Positions 37,791 to 47,914 of a DNA stretch of 58,238 nt are shown here, piece after piece; positions within the stretch are counted from its first letter, which is position 1, and each line of letters starts with the position of its first letter. Source of the stretch: a virus (taxonomy: Duplodnaviria; Caudoviricetes). The notes beneath the pieces were generated by a model, which saw only the letters and a program-made list of their open reading frames with translations, had not been told where the DNA came from and did not search any database. The translations under genes and the position numbers were made by a program. The stretch is taken from the IMG/VR virus record IMGVR_UViG_3300050343_000240, positions 1-58,238 of that record, one strand, 5' to 3'.

Positions 37791-38042
37791 ATGAAAAATC
37801 AAATTAAAACAGAAGAGCTCGCTGAGCTTAAAAAATTATTAACTGCATTAAAAACAATACAAGATCAATTAGGTTTAATTGAAATACAAAAGCACACACT
37901 TTTGCATAAGTATGAATCAGTTAATCAAGAATTAAATAAACTTAAATCTGAATTACAAGAATTTTATGGTAATGTTAATATTAACATAGAAGAAGGTAGT
38001 TACGAAAAAATCAAAGAAGATGAATCTGATACGAAAAATTAG
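37791..38042 (+). CDS. Small coiled-coil protein
   Basis: 83 aa, ending YGNVNINIEEG. Confidence 0.75.
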   Translation: MKNQIKTEELAELKKLLTALKTIQDQLGLIEIQKHTLLHKYESVNQELNKLKSELQEFYGNVNINIEEGSYEKIKEDESDTKN

Positions 38043-38241
38043 TATTGGTCGTGACTATAAAAACGACGCTATGCACTATGCTGTAGGACAAGAAGTATAC
38101 GGTGGGCATACTATATGCGACATATTAGAAAAAGAAGAAAACTACGTTGTATACATAGAAAAAAATAAAGAAGTGTTACCATGGAAATCTTTTAATAAGA
38201 ACATGGCTATAAGTGTTGAATTTAATTTGAATTATGAATAG
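38020..38241 (+). CDS. Hypothetical protein
   Basis: 73-aa ORF overlapping its neighbours. Confidence 0.75.
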   Translation: MNLIRKISIGRDYKNDAMHYAVGQEVYGGHTICDILEKEENYVVYIEKNKEVLPWKSFNKNMAISVEFNLNYE

Positions 38242-38830
38242 TATTTATTCTTTTATAATAAAACCAAAAGAAAACAGATACAATAATACAAAGAAAATAC
38301 AAAACAAAAACTTAATACTTAATACTTCAATAGAAGACCATAAGTTTGTTAGCAGAAATGCTATTGTTGTGTCGGTACCAAAAGCTTTTAAAACAAATAT
38401 AAAAGTAGGTGATGAAATAATAGTGCATCATAATACGTTTAGAAGATTCTATGATGTACGTGGTAATGAAAAAGATAGTTCAAATTATTTTAGAGATAAT
38501 TTATATTTCTGTTACATAGATCAAATATTTTTATATAAGCAGAATAACGAATGGAAAGCTACAGATGGTTTTTGCTTCGTACAGCCAATTAAAAAACAAA
38601 TTGATACTATCATATCAGAAGATACTGAAGAGCCCTTAAAAGGCTTTATAACGCACTCAGATGGCGTGTATAGCAAAAATACTTTAGTAGGTTTTTCACC
38701 AGAGTCAGAATATGAATTTATTATAGACAAAAAACGTTTATACAGAGTACCAATTAAATCTATTACTATTAAATATGACATCAAAGGAACAGAAGAATCG
38801 TATAATCCAGTCTGGGTACAAAGCAGTTGA
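38234..38830 (+). CDS. Protein with GroES-like domain(s)
   Basis: FIIKP...AIVVSVP...IKVGDEIIV and a second FCFVQP...GF...EYEF...LYRV unit. Confidence 0.5.
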   Translation: MNSIYSFIIKPKENRYNNTKKIQNKNLILNTSIEDHKFVSRNAIVVSVPKAFKTNIKVGDEIIVHHNTFRRFYDVRGNEKDSSNYFRDNLYFCYIDQIFLYKQNNEWKATDGFCFVQPIKKQIDTIISEDTEEPLKGFITHSDGVYSKNTLVGFSPESEYEFIIDKKRLYRVPIKSITIKYDIKGTEESYNPVWVQSS

Positions 38831-39053
38831 AGAACTTATAAAAGTAGCAGAAGAAGAAATTATTGTTGATGGTGGCGAAGATGAGCTTGCTGCTGATAGA
38901 TTAAAGAATGCTGCCGCTACGAAAAAGCTTGCGATATTCGATGCATTTGAAATATTAAATAGAATAGATGCTGAAAAAGCAATGCTTGAAAACAAACCTG
39001 TTAAAAAAGAAGAAAAGTCATTTGGTGGGTTTGCAGAAAAAAGATCTAAGTAA
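38775..39053 (+). CDS. Terminase small subunit candidate
   Basis: Helical 92-aa ORF whose stop overlaps the terL start. Confidence 0.5.
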   Translation: MTSKEQKNRIIQSGYKAVEELIKVAEEEIIVDGGEDELAADRLKNAAATKKLAIFDAFEILNRIDAEKAMLENKPVKKEEKSFGGFAEKRSK

Positions 39054-41260
39054 TGTACGAGCAAAAGCTATTAAAAATAGTTCAACCTATTAAATTAACC
39101 ACAATAGATAGACTTAATAGAAGTAAGTCGTGGAAATATGGTTATGATAAAGAGCATGATGTTGTTGTTATAAGTAAGACTGGTAAAATTGGTGAAATAT
39201 ATCAATTACAAAATTTAAAAATAGCATTGCCAAAAGCTAACGACGTTCAGAATACTAATAACAAATGGGAACCAATCGAATATCCTAAAGAATTAAAAAG
39301 TATTAAAACTATTTTTGATTGGGAAAAATACTCTGAAGAATTTAAAAACAAATGGTATGCATATATTGATAAAGAATTTACCAGACGCGAAGAAGGATAT
39401 TGGTTCAATAACAAGAATATACCTACTTATGTTACTGGTTCTCACTATATGTACTTGCAGTGGACCAAGATTGATGTTGGGAAGCCAGACTTCAGAGAGG
39501 CTAATAGACTGTTCTTCATTTTTTGGGAAGCATGCAAGGCGGACAAACGTTGTTACGGAATGTGTTATCTTAAAAACCGTAGATCCGGATTTAGTTTCAT
39601 GTCTTCGAGTGAAACCATCAATCAGGCTACAATTACTTCAGACTCACGCTTCGGGATATTGTCCAAATCTGGATCTGATGCTAAGAAGATGTTTACCGAT
39701 AAAGTCGTACCGATATCGCTCAATCTACCGTTCTTCTTTAAGCCAATACAAGACGGAATGGATAGGCCGAAATCGGAGCTCGCGTACAGAGTCCCAGCGT
39801 CCAAGCTTACCAAGAAATCCATTACCTCAACCAGCGAAGAAAAAATTCTCGAAGGGCTCGACACGACAATAGACTGGAAAAATACTGGAGACAACAGTTA
39901 TGATGGTGAGAAACTTAGGTTATTAGTACATGATGAATCTGGTAAATGGGAAAAACCAGATAACATATTAAATAACTGGAGAGTAACGAAAACAACATTA
40001 AGATTAGGTAGCAGGATCATAGGTAAATGTATGATGGGTTCTACCTCAAATGCTTTAGATAAAGGCGGCGAAAATTTTAAAAAATTATATAAAGCATCAG
40101 ATGTCACAAAAAGAAATCGCAATGGCCAGACTAGCTCGGGATTATATAGTTTGTTCATACCTATGGAATGGAACTACGAAGGATACATTGATTCTTTTGG
40201 ATACCCTGTATTCGATACACCAGCAGAACCCGTCATTGGAAATGATAAAGAGTATATTGATATTGGAGTAATTGAGTTTTGGGAAAATGAAGCAGATGGT
40301 TTAAAAAATGATAAAAACGGTTTAAACGAATTCTATAGACAATTTCCTAGAACTGAAGAGCATGCCTTTAGAGATGAAAGTAAAAACAGTATATTTAATT
40401 TAACAAAAATATACGAGCAGATAGATTACAACGATGGTACTTTAGCAACCGGCGCTGTAATTAAAGGTAACTTCCAATGGGAAAACGGTATCAAAGATAC
40501 TAAAGTAATATTCTACCCTAGTAAAGAAGGTAGATTTAATATTTCTTGGGTACCTAGTTTAAATTTACAAAACCGTGTAATAATAAAGAATGGAGCTAAG
40601 CATCCAGGAAATGAACACGTAGGAGCTTTTGGTTGTGACTCATACGATATATCGGGTACAACAGACGGCAATGGTTCTAAAGGTGCTTTGCATGGACTTA
40701 CTAAATTTAGTATGGAAAATGCACCACCTAATACATTTTTTTTAGAATACATAGCTAGACCGCAGACGGCTGAAATATTTTTTGAAGATGTACTTATGTC
40801 TTTAGTATTTTACGGAATGCCTTTACTTGCGGAAAACAATAAACCAAGACTATTATATTATTTAAAAAGAAGAGGTTACAGGGGTTACTCAATGAATAGA
40901 CCAGATAAGTTAATGAATAAATTATCTGTAACTGAAAAAGAAATTGGTGGTATGCCTAACTCGTCAGAGGATATAAAACAAGTTCATGCTGCTGCAATTG
41001 AAACATACATACAAAGTTATGTAGGTTTACAGGAAAATGGTGATTATGGAAATATATATTTTAATGACACCTTAAACGATTGGTCAAAATTTAATATTAA
41101 TAATAGAACGAAGTTTGATGCTTCGATTAGTTCAGGGCTAGCTATTATAGCTTGTAATAAACATTCATACCAACCTAAAATAAATACCACAAAAAAAGTA
41201 TTAGATTTTGGTTTTAAAAAATATGACAACCAAGGTAGTACTTCAAAAATAATAAAATAA
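39053..41260 (+). CDS. terL: Terminase large subunit
   Basis: Walker A-like KNRRSGFS, Walker B LLVHDE, motif III GST, nuclease GCDSYD, ENNK and D-xx-S. Confidence 0.9.
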   Translation: MYEQKLLKIVQPIKLTTIDRLNRSKSWKYGYDKEHDVVVISKTGKIGEIYQLQNLKIALPKANDVQNTNNKWEPIEYPKELKSIKTIFDWEKYSEEFKNKWYAYIDKEFTRREEGYWFNNKNIPTYVTGSHYMYLQWTKIDVGKPDFREANRLFFIFWEACKADKRCYGMCYLKNRRSGFSFMSSSETINQATITSDSRFGILSKSGSDAKKMFTDKVVPISLNLPFFFKPIQDGMDRPKSELAYRVPASKLTKKSITSTSEEKILEGLDTTIDWKNTGDNSYDGEKLRLLVHDESGKWEKPDNILNNWRVTKTTLRLGSRIIGKCMMGSTSNALDKGGENFKKLYKASDVTKRNRNGQTSSGLYSLFIPMEWNYEGYIDSFGYPVFDTPAEPVIGNDKEYIDIGVIEFWENEADGLKNDKNGLNEFYRQFPRTEEHAFRDESKNSIFNLTKIYEQIDYNDGTLATGAVIKGNFQWENGIKDTKVIFYPSKEGRFNISWVPSLNLQNRVIIKNGAKHPGNEHVGAFGCDSYDISGTTDGNGSKGALHGLTKFSMENAPPNTFFLEYIARPQTAEIFFEDVLMSLVFYGMPLLAENNKPRLLYYLKRRGYRGYSMNRPDKLMNKLSVTEKEIGGMPNSSEDIKQVHAAAIETYIQSYVGLQENGDYGNIYFNDTLNDWSKFNINNRTKFDASISSGLAIIACNKHSYQPKINTTKKVLDFGFKKYDNQGSTSKIIK

Positions 41261-43678
41261 ATGTTACAAACTCAAACAAAAGGTATATTTCCGAGCCAAG
41301 CGGTTTCAGATGGTGAAAAAAGAAGTGAGGCTTATGGTTTAGAAATAGCTAGAGCAATTGAAAGCGAATGGTTTAAAAGAGACGCAGGTAATATGCGTTA
41401 CTTTGCAAGTCGCGATAATTTTCACAGATTAAGATTGTATGCTAGAGGTGAACAATCTATTCAAAAATATAAAGATGAATTATCTATTAATGGTGATTTG
41501 TCTTATTTAAATTTAGATTGGAAGCCTGTACCGATAATACCTAAGTTTGTAGATATTGTAGTAAATGGTATGGCTGATAGAGCTTATGACATTAAAGCTT
41601 ATTCACAAGATAACGCATCTATAAAGAAAAGAAGTGAATATGTTGAGTCTATGCTTAGAGATATGCAGACTAGAGAAATATCAGATCAGATACAAACTCA
41701 ATTAGGTATTGATGTATATGAAAATGATAAAGAAAAGTTACCTGAAACAGAAGAGGAACTAGAGCTGCACATGCAGCTTGACTATAAGCAATCTGTGGAA
41801 ATAGCTGAAGAAGAAGCTATTAATAATGTTTTTGATCATAATAAATTTGATCTTTTACAAAGAAGATTAAATTACGATGCGGTAACTATTGGTATATCAG
41901 CATGTAAGAATAGTTTTAATACTGCTGATGGAATTAAAATAGATTATGTAGATCCTGCAGATTTGGTTTATTCTTATACTGAATCGCCTTATTTTGATGA
42001 TATATATTATGTAGGTGAAGTTAGAAGAGTTTCTTTTGTTGAACTTAAAAAACAACACCCCGAATTAACAGATGCAGATTTAGAACAAATAGAAGGAAAA
42101 GGTAGTAATGTTATGTTATATAACAGAGCTCATAATGGTCATGACACTTCTGACAATGCTTATGTTTATGTTTTATACTTTGAATATAAAACTTTTAACA
42201 ATCAAGTATATAAAATAAAAGACACAGCTTCTGGAGCTAGTAAAGCAATTAAAAAAGACGATACATTTGATCCACCAAAAGACAACAAAGCTAGGTTTAA
42301 AAAAGTATCTCGCTCAATAGAAGTTATATATGAAGGTGCTAAAATTATAGGCCATAATAAAACATTAAAGTGGCAGCTTGCTGAAAACATGACTAGACCT
42401 AAGTCTGATACCACTAAAGCGCAATTTAGTTATAACATTGTTGCACCTAGAATTTATAAAGGTAATATAGAATCTTTAGTTGGACGTATGACTACGTTTG
42501 CTGATATGATTCAATTAACTCATTTAAAGTTGCAACAAGTATTATCAAGAATGGTACCTGATGGTGTATTCTTAGATGCGGATGGTATTGCTGAAATAGA
42601 TTTAGGCAATGGAACTAATTATAATCCACAGGAAGCACTTAATATGTATTTCCAAACTGGTTCCGTTATTGGTAGATCAATGACACAAGATGGTGACTTT
42701 AATAATGGTAGAGTTCCTATTCAAGAATTACAAACTTCTGGCGCTAATGCAAAAATTTCTAGTTTAATTAATTCTTATAATTATTACTTGCAAATGATTC
42801 GTGATGTAACCGGATTAAATGAAGCACGTGATGGTAGTACACCAGATAAGAATGCTTTAGTAGGTTTACAAAAATTAGCCGCTGCAAATTCAAATACAGC
42901 AACAAGACATATATTACAAGCTGGATTGTATTTAACCTTAAAAACAGCTGAAGCAGTTGCTCTTAGAATTTCCGATGTTTTAGAATATTCAAACACTAGA
43001 AATAATTTTATACAAAGCATTGGAAAATATAATGTTGGCGTTTTAGATGATTTAAAAGAACTGCATTTGCATGACTTTGGTATATTCTTAGATTTAGCGC
43101 CTGATGAAGAAGAAAAACAATTGCTAGAAAATAATATTCAAGTAGCATTATCAAGAGAACAAATATTCTTAGAAGATGCTATTGATATTAGAAATATTAA
43201 AAACTTAAAACTAGCAAATGAGCTATTGAAACTTAGAAGAAAAAAGAAAGCTGCTCAAGATAGACAGATGCAAACCGAAAATATATCATTGCAATCTGAA
43301 TCTAACGCAAAAGCTGCTCAAGCTGCTGCACAAGCTGATGTTCAAAAAGAACAAGCTATATCTCAATCTAAGATACAAATTAAAAGTGCAGAGCACGAAC
43401 TTGAGATACAAAAACTACAACAAGAAGTTCTAGCTAAAAAAGAGCTTATGACATATGAGTTTGAGCTTAATAAGCAGCTTAAAGAACTAGATTTACAAGT
43501 GATTAACAATAAAGAAGAATATAAGGAAGATAGAAAAGATAAAAGAACTAAAATTCAAGCATCTCAACAATCTGAATTAATTGATCAAAGAAGAAATAAT
43601 ACCCCACCTAAAGACTTTGAATCATCTGGCTTTGATACATTAGGTGGATTTGGTCTAGAGCAATTTGAGCCTAGATAG
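41261..43678 (+). CDS. Portal protein
   Basis: 805 aa directly after terL; IIPKFVD, IRDVTGLNEARDG; Q/A-rich C-terminal coiled coil. Confidence 0.85.
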   Translation: MLQTQTKGIFPSQAVSDGEKRSEAYGLEIARAIESEWFKRDAGNMRYFASRDNFHRLRLYARGEQSIQKYKDELSINGDLSYLNLDWKPVPIIPKFVDIVVNGMADRAYDIKAYSQDNASIKKRSEYVESMLRDMQTREISDQIQTQLGIDVYENDKEKLPETEEELELHMQLDYKQSVEIAEEEAINNVFDHNKFDLLQRRLNYDAVTIGISACKNSFNTADGIKIDYVDPADLVYSYTESPYFDDIYYVGEVRRVSFVELKKQHPELTDADLEQIEGKGSNVMLYNRAHNGHDTSDNAYVYVLYFEYKTFNNQVYKIKDTASGASKAIKKDDTFDPPKDNKARFKKVSRSIEVIYEGAKIIGHNKTLKWQLAENMTRPKSDTTKAQFSYNIVAPRIYKGNIESLVGRMTTFADMIQLTHLKLQQVLSRMVPDGVFLDADGIAEIDLGNGTNYNPQEALNMYFQTGSVIGRSMTQDGDFNNGRVPIQELQTSGANAKISSLINSYNYYLQMIRDVTGLNEARDGSTPDKNALVGLQKLAAANSNTATRHILQAGLYLTLKTAEAVALRISDVLEYSNTRNNFIQSIGKYNVGVLDDLKELHLHDFGIFLDLAPDEEEKQLLENNIQVALSREQIFLEDAIDIRNIKNLKLANELLKLRRKKKAAQDRQMQTENISLQSESNAKAAQAAAQADVQKEQAISQSKIQIKSAEHELEIQKLQQEVLAKKELMTYEFELNKQLKELDLQVINNKEEYKEDRKDKRTKIQASQQSELIDQRRNNTPPKDFESSGFDTLGGFGLEQFEPR

Positions 43679-43710
43679 CATATTTTTAAACTATTATATA
43701 AAATTTTATT

Positions 43711-44913
43711 ATGGAAGACTACAAAGTTAATTTAGTCGAAGACGAGAACCCTAGTGCTGCAGAAAAAGAAGAAACAGTGTTAGAAAACGCAGGAGTTGAT
43801 ACAAAATCAGATAATACAACACATAAAGTTGATTTATCTAAACCACCTAAAACAGAAGAAAAAGATGCCGTTCAAGAGCAAAGCACAGATGAGGTTCCTG
43901 TTCGCAACGAATCCGAAGTTAGCGAAAAAGTGGAAGAAGAAGTACGGAGTGCCGAAGAGCCTACCGAACAAGAAGAAGAAACGGTCTTAGAATTAATAGA
44001 AGAAGAGACTGAAGAAAATATAGAAGAGCCTGTTAATGAAACTAAAGAACAGGAGCAGGTTGAAGAAACTAAAGAAAATAATATTGAACTACCTGAAAAT
44101 ATACAAAAGGTGGTTGAATTTATGCAAGAAACTGGCGGTAGTTTAGAAGACTACGTAAGGTTAAATGCAGATTATTCAAATGTAGATGATTCTGTATTAT
44201 TAAAAGAGTACTACAAACAAACAAAATCTCATTTAAATAACGATGAGGTTGATTTTTTAATTGAAGATAATTTTTCTTTTGATGAGGAAGTTGATGATGA
44301 CAGAGAAATCAGAAGAAAGAAATTAGCTTATAAAGAAGAAATTGTAAAAGCAAAAAACTTTCTTGAAGGTTTAAAAGGCAAATATTACGAAGAAGTCAAG
44401 TTGAGTTCTAAGTTAGCCCCAGAGCAAAGAGAAGCAATTGAATTTTACAATACTTACAAAGAAGAGCAGTCTAAGCTAACTGCTCAGCAACAAACACAAG
44501 CAAACAATTTTACTGAAAAAACTAATTCTTTTTTTAGCAATGAATTCAAAGGTTTTGATTTCAAAGTTGGAAATAACAAGTATAGATTTAAAGTAAATGA
44601 CGTGACGCAAGTAAAAGAATCTCAAAGCGATATTGCTGGTTTTTTGGGTAGTTACCTAGATGACAAAGGCATGCTAACGGATCCTTCAACTTATCACAAA
44701 GCTTTATTTGCTGCCAAAAATTCTGACAAAATTGCTAATCACTTTTATGAGCAAGGAAAAGCAGATGCTATTAAGCAATTAGAAATGGAATCTAAAAATA
44801 TTAGTATGAATCCAAGGAAAAGCGCTGATGGTTATGTGGACACCGGAGGATTAAAAGTAAGAGCAATTAGCGGAAATAACAGCTCAAAACTAAAAATTAA
44901 AATAAAAAAATAA
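43711..44913 (+). CDS. Capsid scaffolding protein (putative)
   Basis: Highly acidic helical protein between portal and capsid. Confidence 0.7.
   Translation: MEDYKVNLVEDENPSAAEKEETVLENAGVDTKSDNTTHKVDLSKPPKTEEKDAVQEQSTDEVPVRNESEVSEKVEEEVRSAEEPTEQEEETVLELIEEETEENIEEPVNETKEQEQVEETKENNIELPENIQKVVEFMQETGGSLEDYVRLNADYSNVDDSVLLKEYYKQTKSHLNNDEVDFLIEDNFSFDEEVDDDREIRRKKLAYKEEIVKAKNFLEGLKGKYYEEVKLSSKLAPEQREAIEFYNTYKEEQSKLTAQQQTQANNFTEKTNSFFSNEFKGFDFKVGNNKYRFKVNDVTQVKESQSDIAGFLGSYLDDKGMLTDPSTYHKALFAAKNSDKIANHFYEQGKADAIKQLEMESKNISMNPRKSADGYVDTGGLKVRAISGNNSSKLKIKIKK
43865..43990 (+). CDS. Overprinted 41-aa basic protein (MPFKSKAQMRFLFATNPKLAKKW...) in the +1 frame of the scaffold gene
   Basis: Resembles a recurrent small phage protein family starting MPFKS-x-AQ. 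Confidence 0.6.
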   Translation: MPFKSKAQMRFLFATNPKLAKKWKKKYGVPKSLPNKKKKRS

Positions 44914-44925
44914 AAAAAATTTAAA

Positions 44926-46331
44926 ATGGCAAATGCAAGTTATACTGCAGGAAGCAACTTAATATTAAGTAATGCTACTCCTGTTAAACAAACAACTCCT
45001 GGTAGTTACATAGATTTTACTACTGCAGGAACTGCTGGGTGGGCACAACAATACCTACCTGAGCTTTACGAAGCTGAAATTGAGCGTTATGGTGATCGTT
45101 CACTTTCTGGATTTTTACAAATGGTTGGCGCTGAAATGCCTATGACTTCTGATCAAATTATTTGGTCTGAGCAAGGTCGTCTTCATGTTTCTTATGAAGG
45201 TGTTTCTTCAGCTGCTGATTCAGGAAGTGCTGGTTCACAAGTAAACGTAGTTACTATTCCAGTTGACGCTAACGGAAATAACCATGCAATTAGAGCTAAT
45301 CAAACTGTTGTTGTATCTGACGGTACTACTGTTTTTAAAGCTTTAGTTTCTTCTACAACAGCTACCACTGTAACTCTTCAAAGCTATACTACTGATGGTT
45401 TTGGATTTAGTGGAGCAACTGATGTAGACCTTTTTGTTTACGGTTCTGAATTTAAGAAAGGACAAGCGTCAATGACTGGTGCTGTTGAGCCTGAATTTAT
45501 TTCTCTAACTAATAAGCCTATTATCCTTAAAGATCATTATGAAATTTCTGGATCAGACGCTTCTCAAATTGGTTGGATTGAAGTAACTGGCGAAAGCGGA
45601 CAATCAGGATACTTATGGTACATCAAATCTGAAGGTGATACTCGTCAGCGTTTTGAAGATTATTCAGAAATGGCGCTAGTTGAAGCTGAGAAAAAAGGAA
45701 CAAATGGTGTTGTTGATGTAGACGGTACTGAAGGTTTATTTGCTGCTATCGAAGATCGTGGTCATCAATTTGATGGTTTCGTAGGAGGTACAGCTACTGA
45801 ATCTTTACAAGACTTTGATCTTCTTCTTAAGAAATTAGATAAAGAAGGTGCTATTGAAGAGAACATGCTTTTTGTAAATCGTGATATTGCATTATCAATT
45901 GACGATATGCTAGCAGCTCAAAATTCTTACGGTGCTGGTGGAACTTCTTACGGAGTATTCAACAACAGCGAAGATATGGCACTTAACTTAGGATTTAGTG
46001 GATTTAGAAGAGGTTCTTATGACTTCTACAAAACTGACTGGAAATACTTAAACGATGCGAGCACTCGTGGTCTTATCGGAGGTATTGAAGGAGTACTGAT
46101 TCCAGCTGGAACTTCATCTGTTTACGATCAAATTCTTGGGAAGAACATTAAGCGTCCTTTTTACACGTTCGTTATAGAGCTTCTGAAGCTGATGATAGAA
46201 AAATGAAATCTTGGATCACTGGTTCTGTAGGTGGAGCTGCTACTTCAGGCGATGACAAGATGGAAGTTCACTATTTGACTGAAAGATGTTTAGTTGTACA
46301 AGGTGCTAATAACTTTGTGCTTTTTAACTAA
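44926..46331 (+). CDS. Major capsid protein, interrupted by a frameshift at the T-run 46158-46162
   Basis: Position and high-expression-type codons; adding one T restores ...KRPFLHVRYRASEADDRKMKSWITGS...NNFVLFN, ending just before the terminator. Confidence 0.85.
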
Positions 46332-46349
46332 TATTTTTTAATGTAGGTT

Positions 46350-46392
46350 TTACCCCTGTTTAATTAACGGGGGTAATTCTTACTTTTATTAT
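46350..46392 (+). terminator. Intrinsic terminator after the capsid gene
   Basis: TTACCCCTGTT-TAATT-AACGGGGGTAA followed by a T-rich tract. Confidence 0.8.
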
Positions 46393-46410
46393 TTTTTATT
46401 TTATTATATC

Positions 46411-47148
46411 ATGACAAAGAAAAAAACAGATTGGGCGTTCAAAGACAGGCTATACGTCCTTAAAAAACAAAGAAAGCCTTTGACCTATACAATTAAATCA
46501 AGAAATATATTTTGGTTTGATGATGAAAAAGGTTATGAAAGAGAATTAAAATATACTGTAAATCAACAAACACCTTTTGTTGATGAATTTAAAGGTGAAG
46601 GTAGACTAGAACATATCGTGTTTCAAAACGGTAGTTTACTGGTACCAAAAGAAAAACAAGTTCTTCAAAAGATATTATCTATTTATCATTCAGAAAAAGA
46701 TAAAATTTACGAAGAATATGATGCTGAATTAGAAGCTCAAGATGAATTAGAGATTATTGAGTTTGAAGTAGATGCTCTGTTAATGGCAAGAGAAATGGAT
46801 ATTGAACAGGCTGAAGCTATAATGCGTGTAGAAATAGGCTCTAGGGCTGCAGAGATGACTTCTAAAGAGCTAAAAAGAGATTTATTAATATTTGCTCGTA
46901 ACAATCCTAAGCTATTCATAGAATTAGCTAATGACGAAAATGTTGCTATAAGAAATATTGGTATAAAAGCTACAGAAGCTAATATTATAAAATTATCAGA
47001 AGATCAGCGTACATTTAAATGGGGTACTAACGGAAGAAAGTTAATGACCGTGCCTTTTGATGAAAATCCATATTCAGCTTTAGCTGCTTGGTTTAAAACT
47101 GATGAGGGTATAGAAGTATATAAAGCAATAGAAAAGAAACTAAAATAG
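46411..47148 (+). CDS. Conserved-looking morphogenesis-region protein
   Basis: 245-aa ORF after the capsid gene. Confidence 0.7.
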   Translation: MTKKKTDWAFKDRLYVLKKQRKPLTYTIKSRNIFWFDDEKGYERELKYTVNQQTPFVDEFKGEGRLEHIVFQNGSLLVPKEKQVLQKILSIYHSEKDKIYEEYDAELEAQDELEIIEFEVDALLMAREMDIEQAEAIMRVEIGSRAAEMTSKELKRDLLIFARNNPKLFIELANDENVAIRNIGIKATEANIIKLSEDQRTFKWGTNGRKLMTVPFDENPYSALAAWFKTDEGIEVYKAIEKKLK

Positions 47149-47154
47149 TTGCTC

Positions 47155-47197
47155 TTATAGTGGTTAGGCCATCTTAAGGGTGGCTTAATTACTATAA
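47155..47197 (+). other. 20-bp RNA hairpin (processing or attenuation site)
   Basis: TTATAGTGGTTAGGCCATCT-TAA-GGGTGGCTTAATTACTATAA pairs fully with 5 G-U pairs. Confidence 0.7.
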
Positions 47198-47212
47198 ATA
47201 ATAAAAACAAAT

Positions 47213-47911
47213 ATGATTAGCATAGATACGGTTTACCAAAAAGTATTATCAATTGTTAATAAAGAGAATAGAGGTTATATAACACCACAGGAATTTAATT
47301 TATTTGCAAATCAATCACAATTAGAAATATTTGAACAGTATTTTTTTGATCTCAATCAATACATGAGACAGAAAGAAAATAATACTGAATATGCTAATTT
47401 ATACAGAATCATTGATGAAAAATTAAGTAGGTTTAAAACAGAAGCTAACTTAACATATTCAACAGATCATTTTAATTTCCCTGCTAATCTTCACAAGCTG
47501 GGAACAGTTATTTATAACTCAGTTGAAGTTGAAAAAGTAGATAAAAAACAACTACTTGAATATCAGCTATCTAAGCTAACTCAACCAACAATTACTTCAC
47601 CTATATATATACAAAACATTGCAAATACTAGTGCAGACTGGTCTATAAGCGTATATCCTACAACAATAACTTCTAATGTTTCTTGTACATACGTTAGAAA
47701 ACCTAATAGTGTTACTTGGGGTTACACTAGTGTAGCAGGTAATGCTTTATATAACGCAAGTGCTTCAACTAATTTTGAAATACATGAATCAGAAGAAACA
47801 GCTTTATTATTAAAAATACTTGCATATGCGGGATTAAATATAAAAGATCCTTCTATAATTCAAGTAGCGGATACAAAAGAAAATAAAAAGATAACTCAAG
47901 AAAAGTCATAA
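47213..47911 (+). CDS. Head-tail adaptor/ring protein (putative)
   Basis: Position; NKENRGYITPQEFN...Q and YVRKP motifs. Confidence 0.6.
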   Translation: MISIDTVYQKVLSIVNKENRGYITPQEFNLFANQSQLEIFEQYFFDLNQYMRQKENNTEYANLYRIIDEKLSRFKTEANLTYSTDHFNFPANLHKLGTVIYNSVEVEKVDKKQLLEYQLSKLTQPTITSPIYIQNIANTSADWSISVYPTTITSNVSCTYVRKPNSVTWGYTSVAGNALYNASASTNFEIHESEETALLLKILAYAGLNIKDPSIIQVADTKENKKITQEKS

Positions 47912-47914
47912 TAG

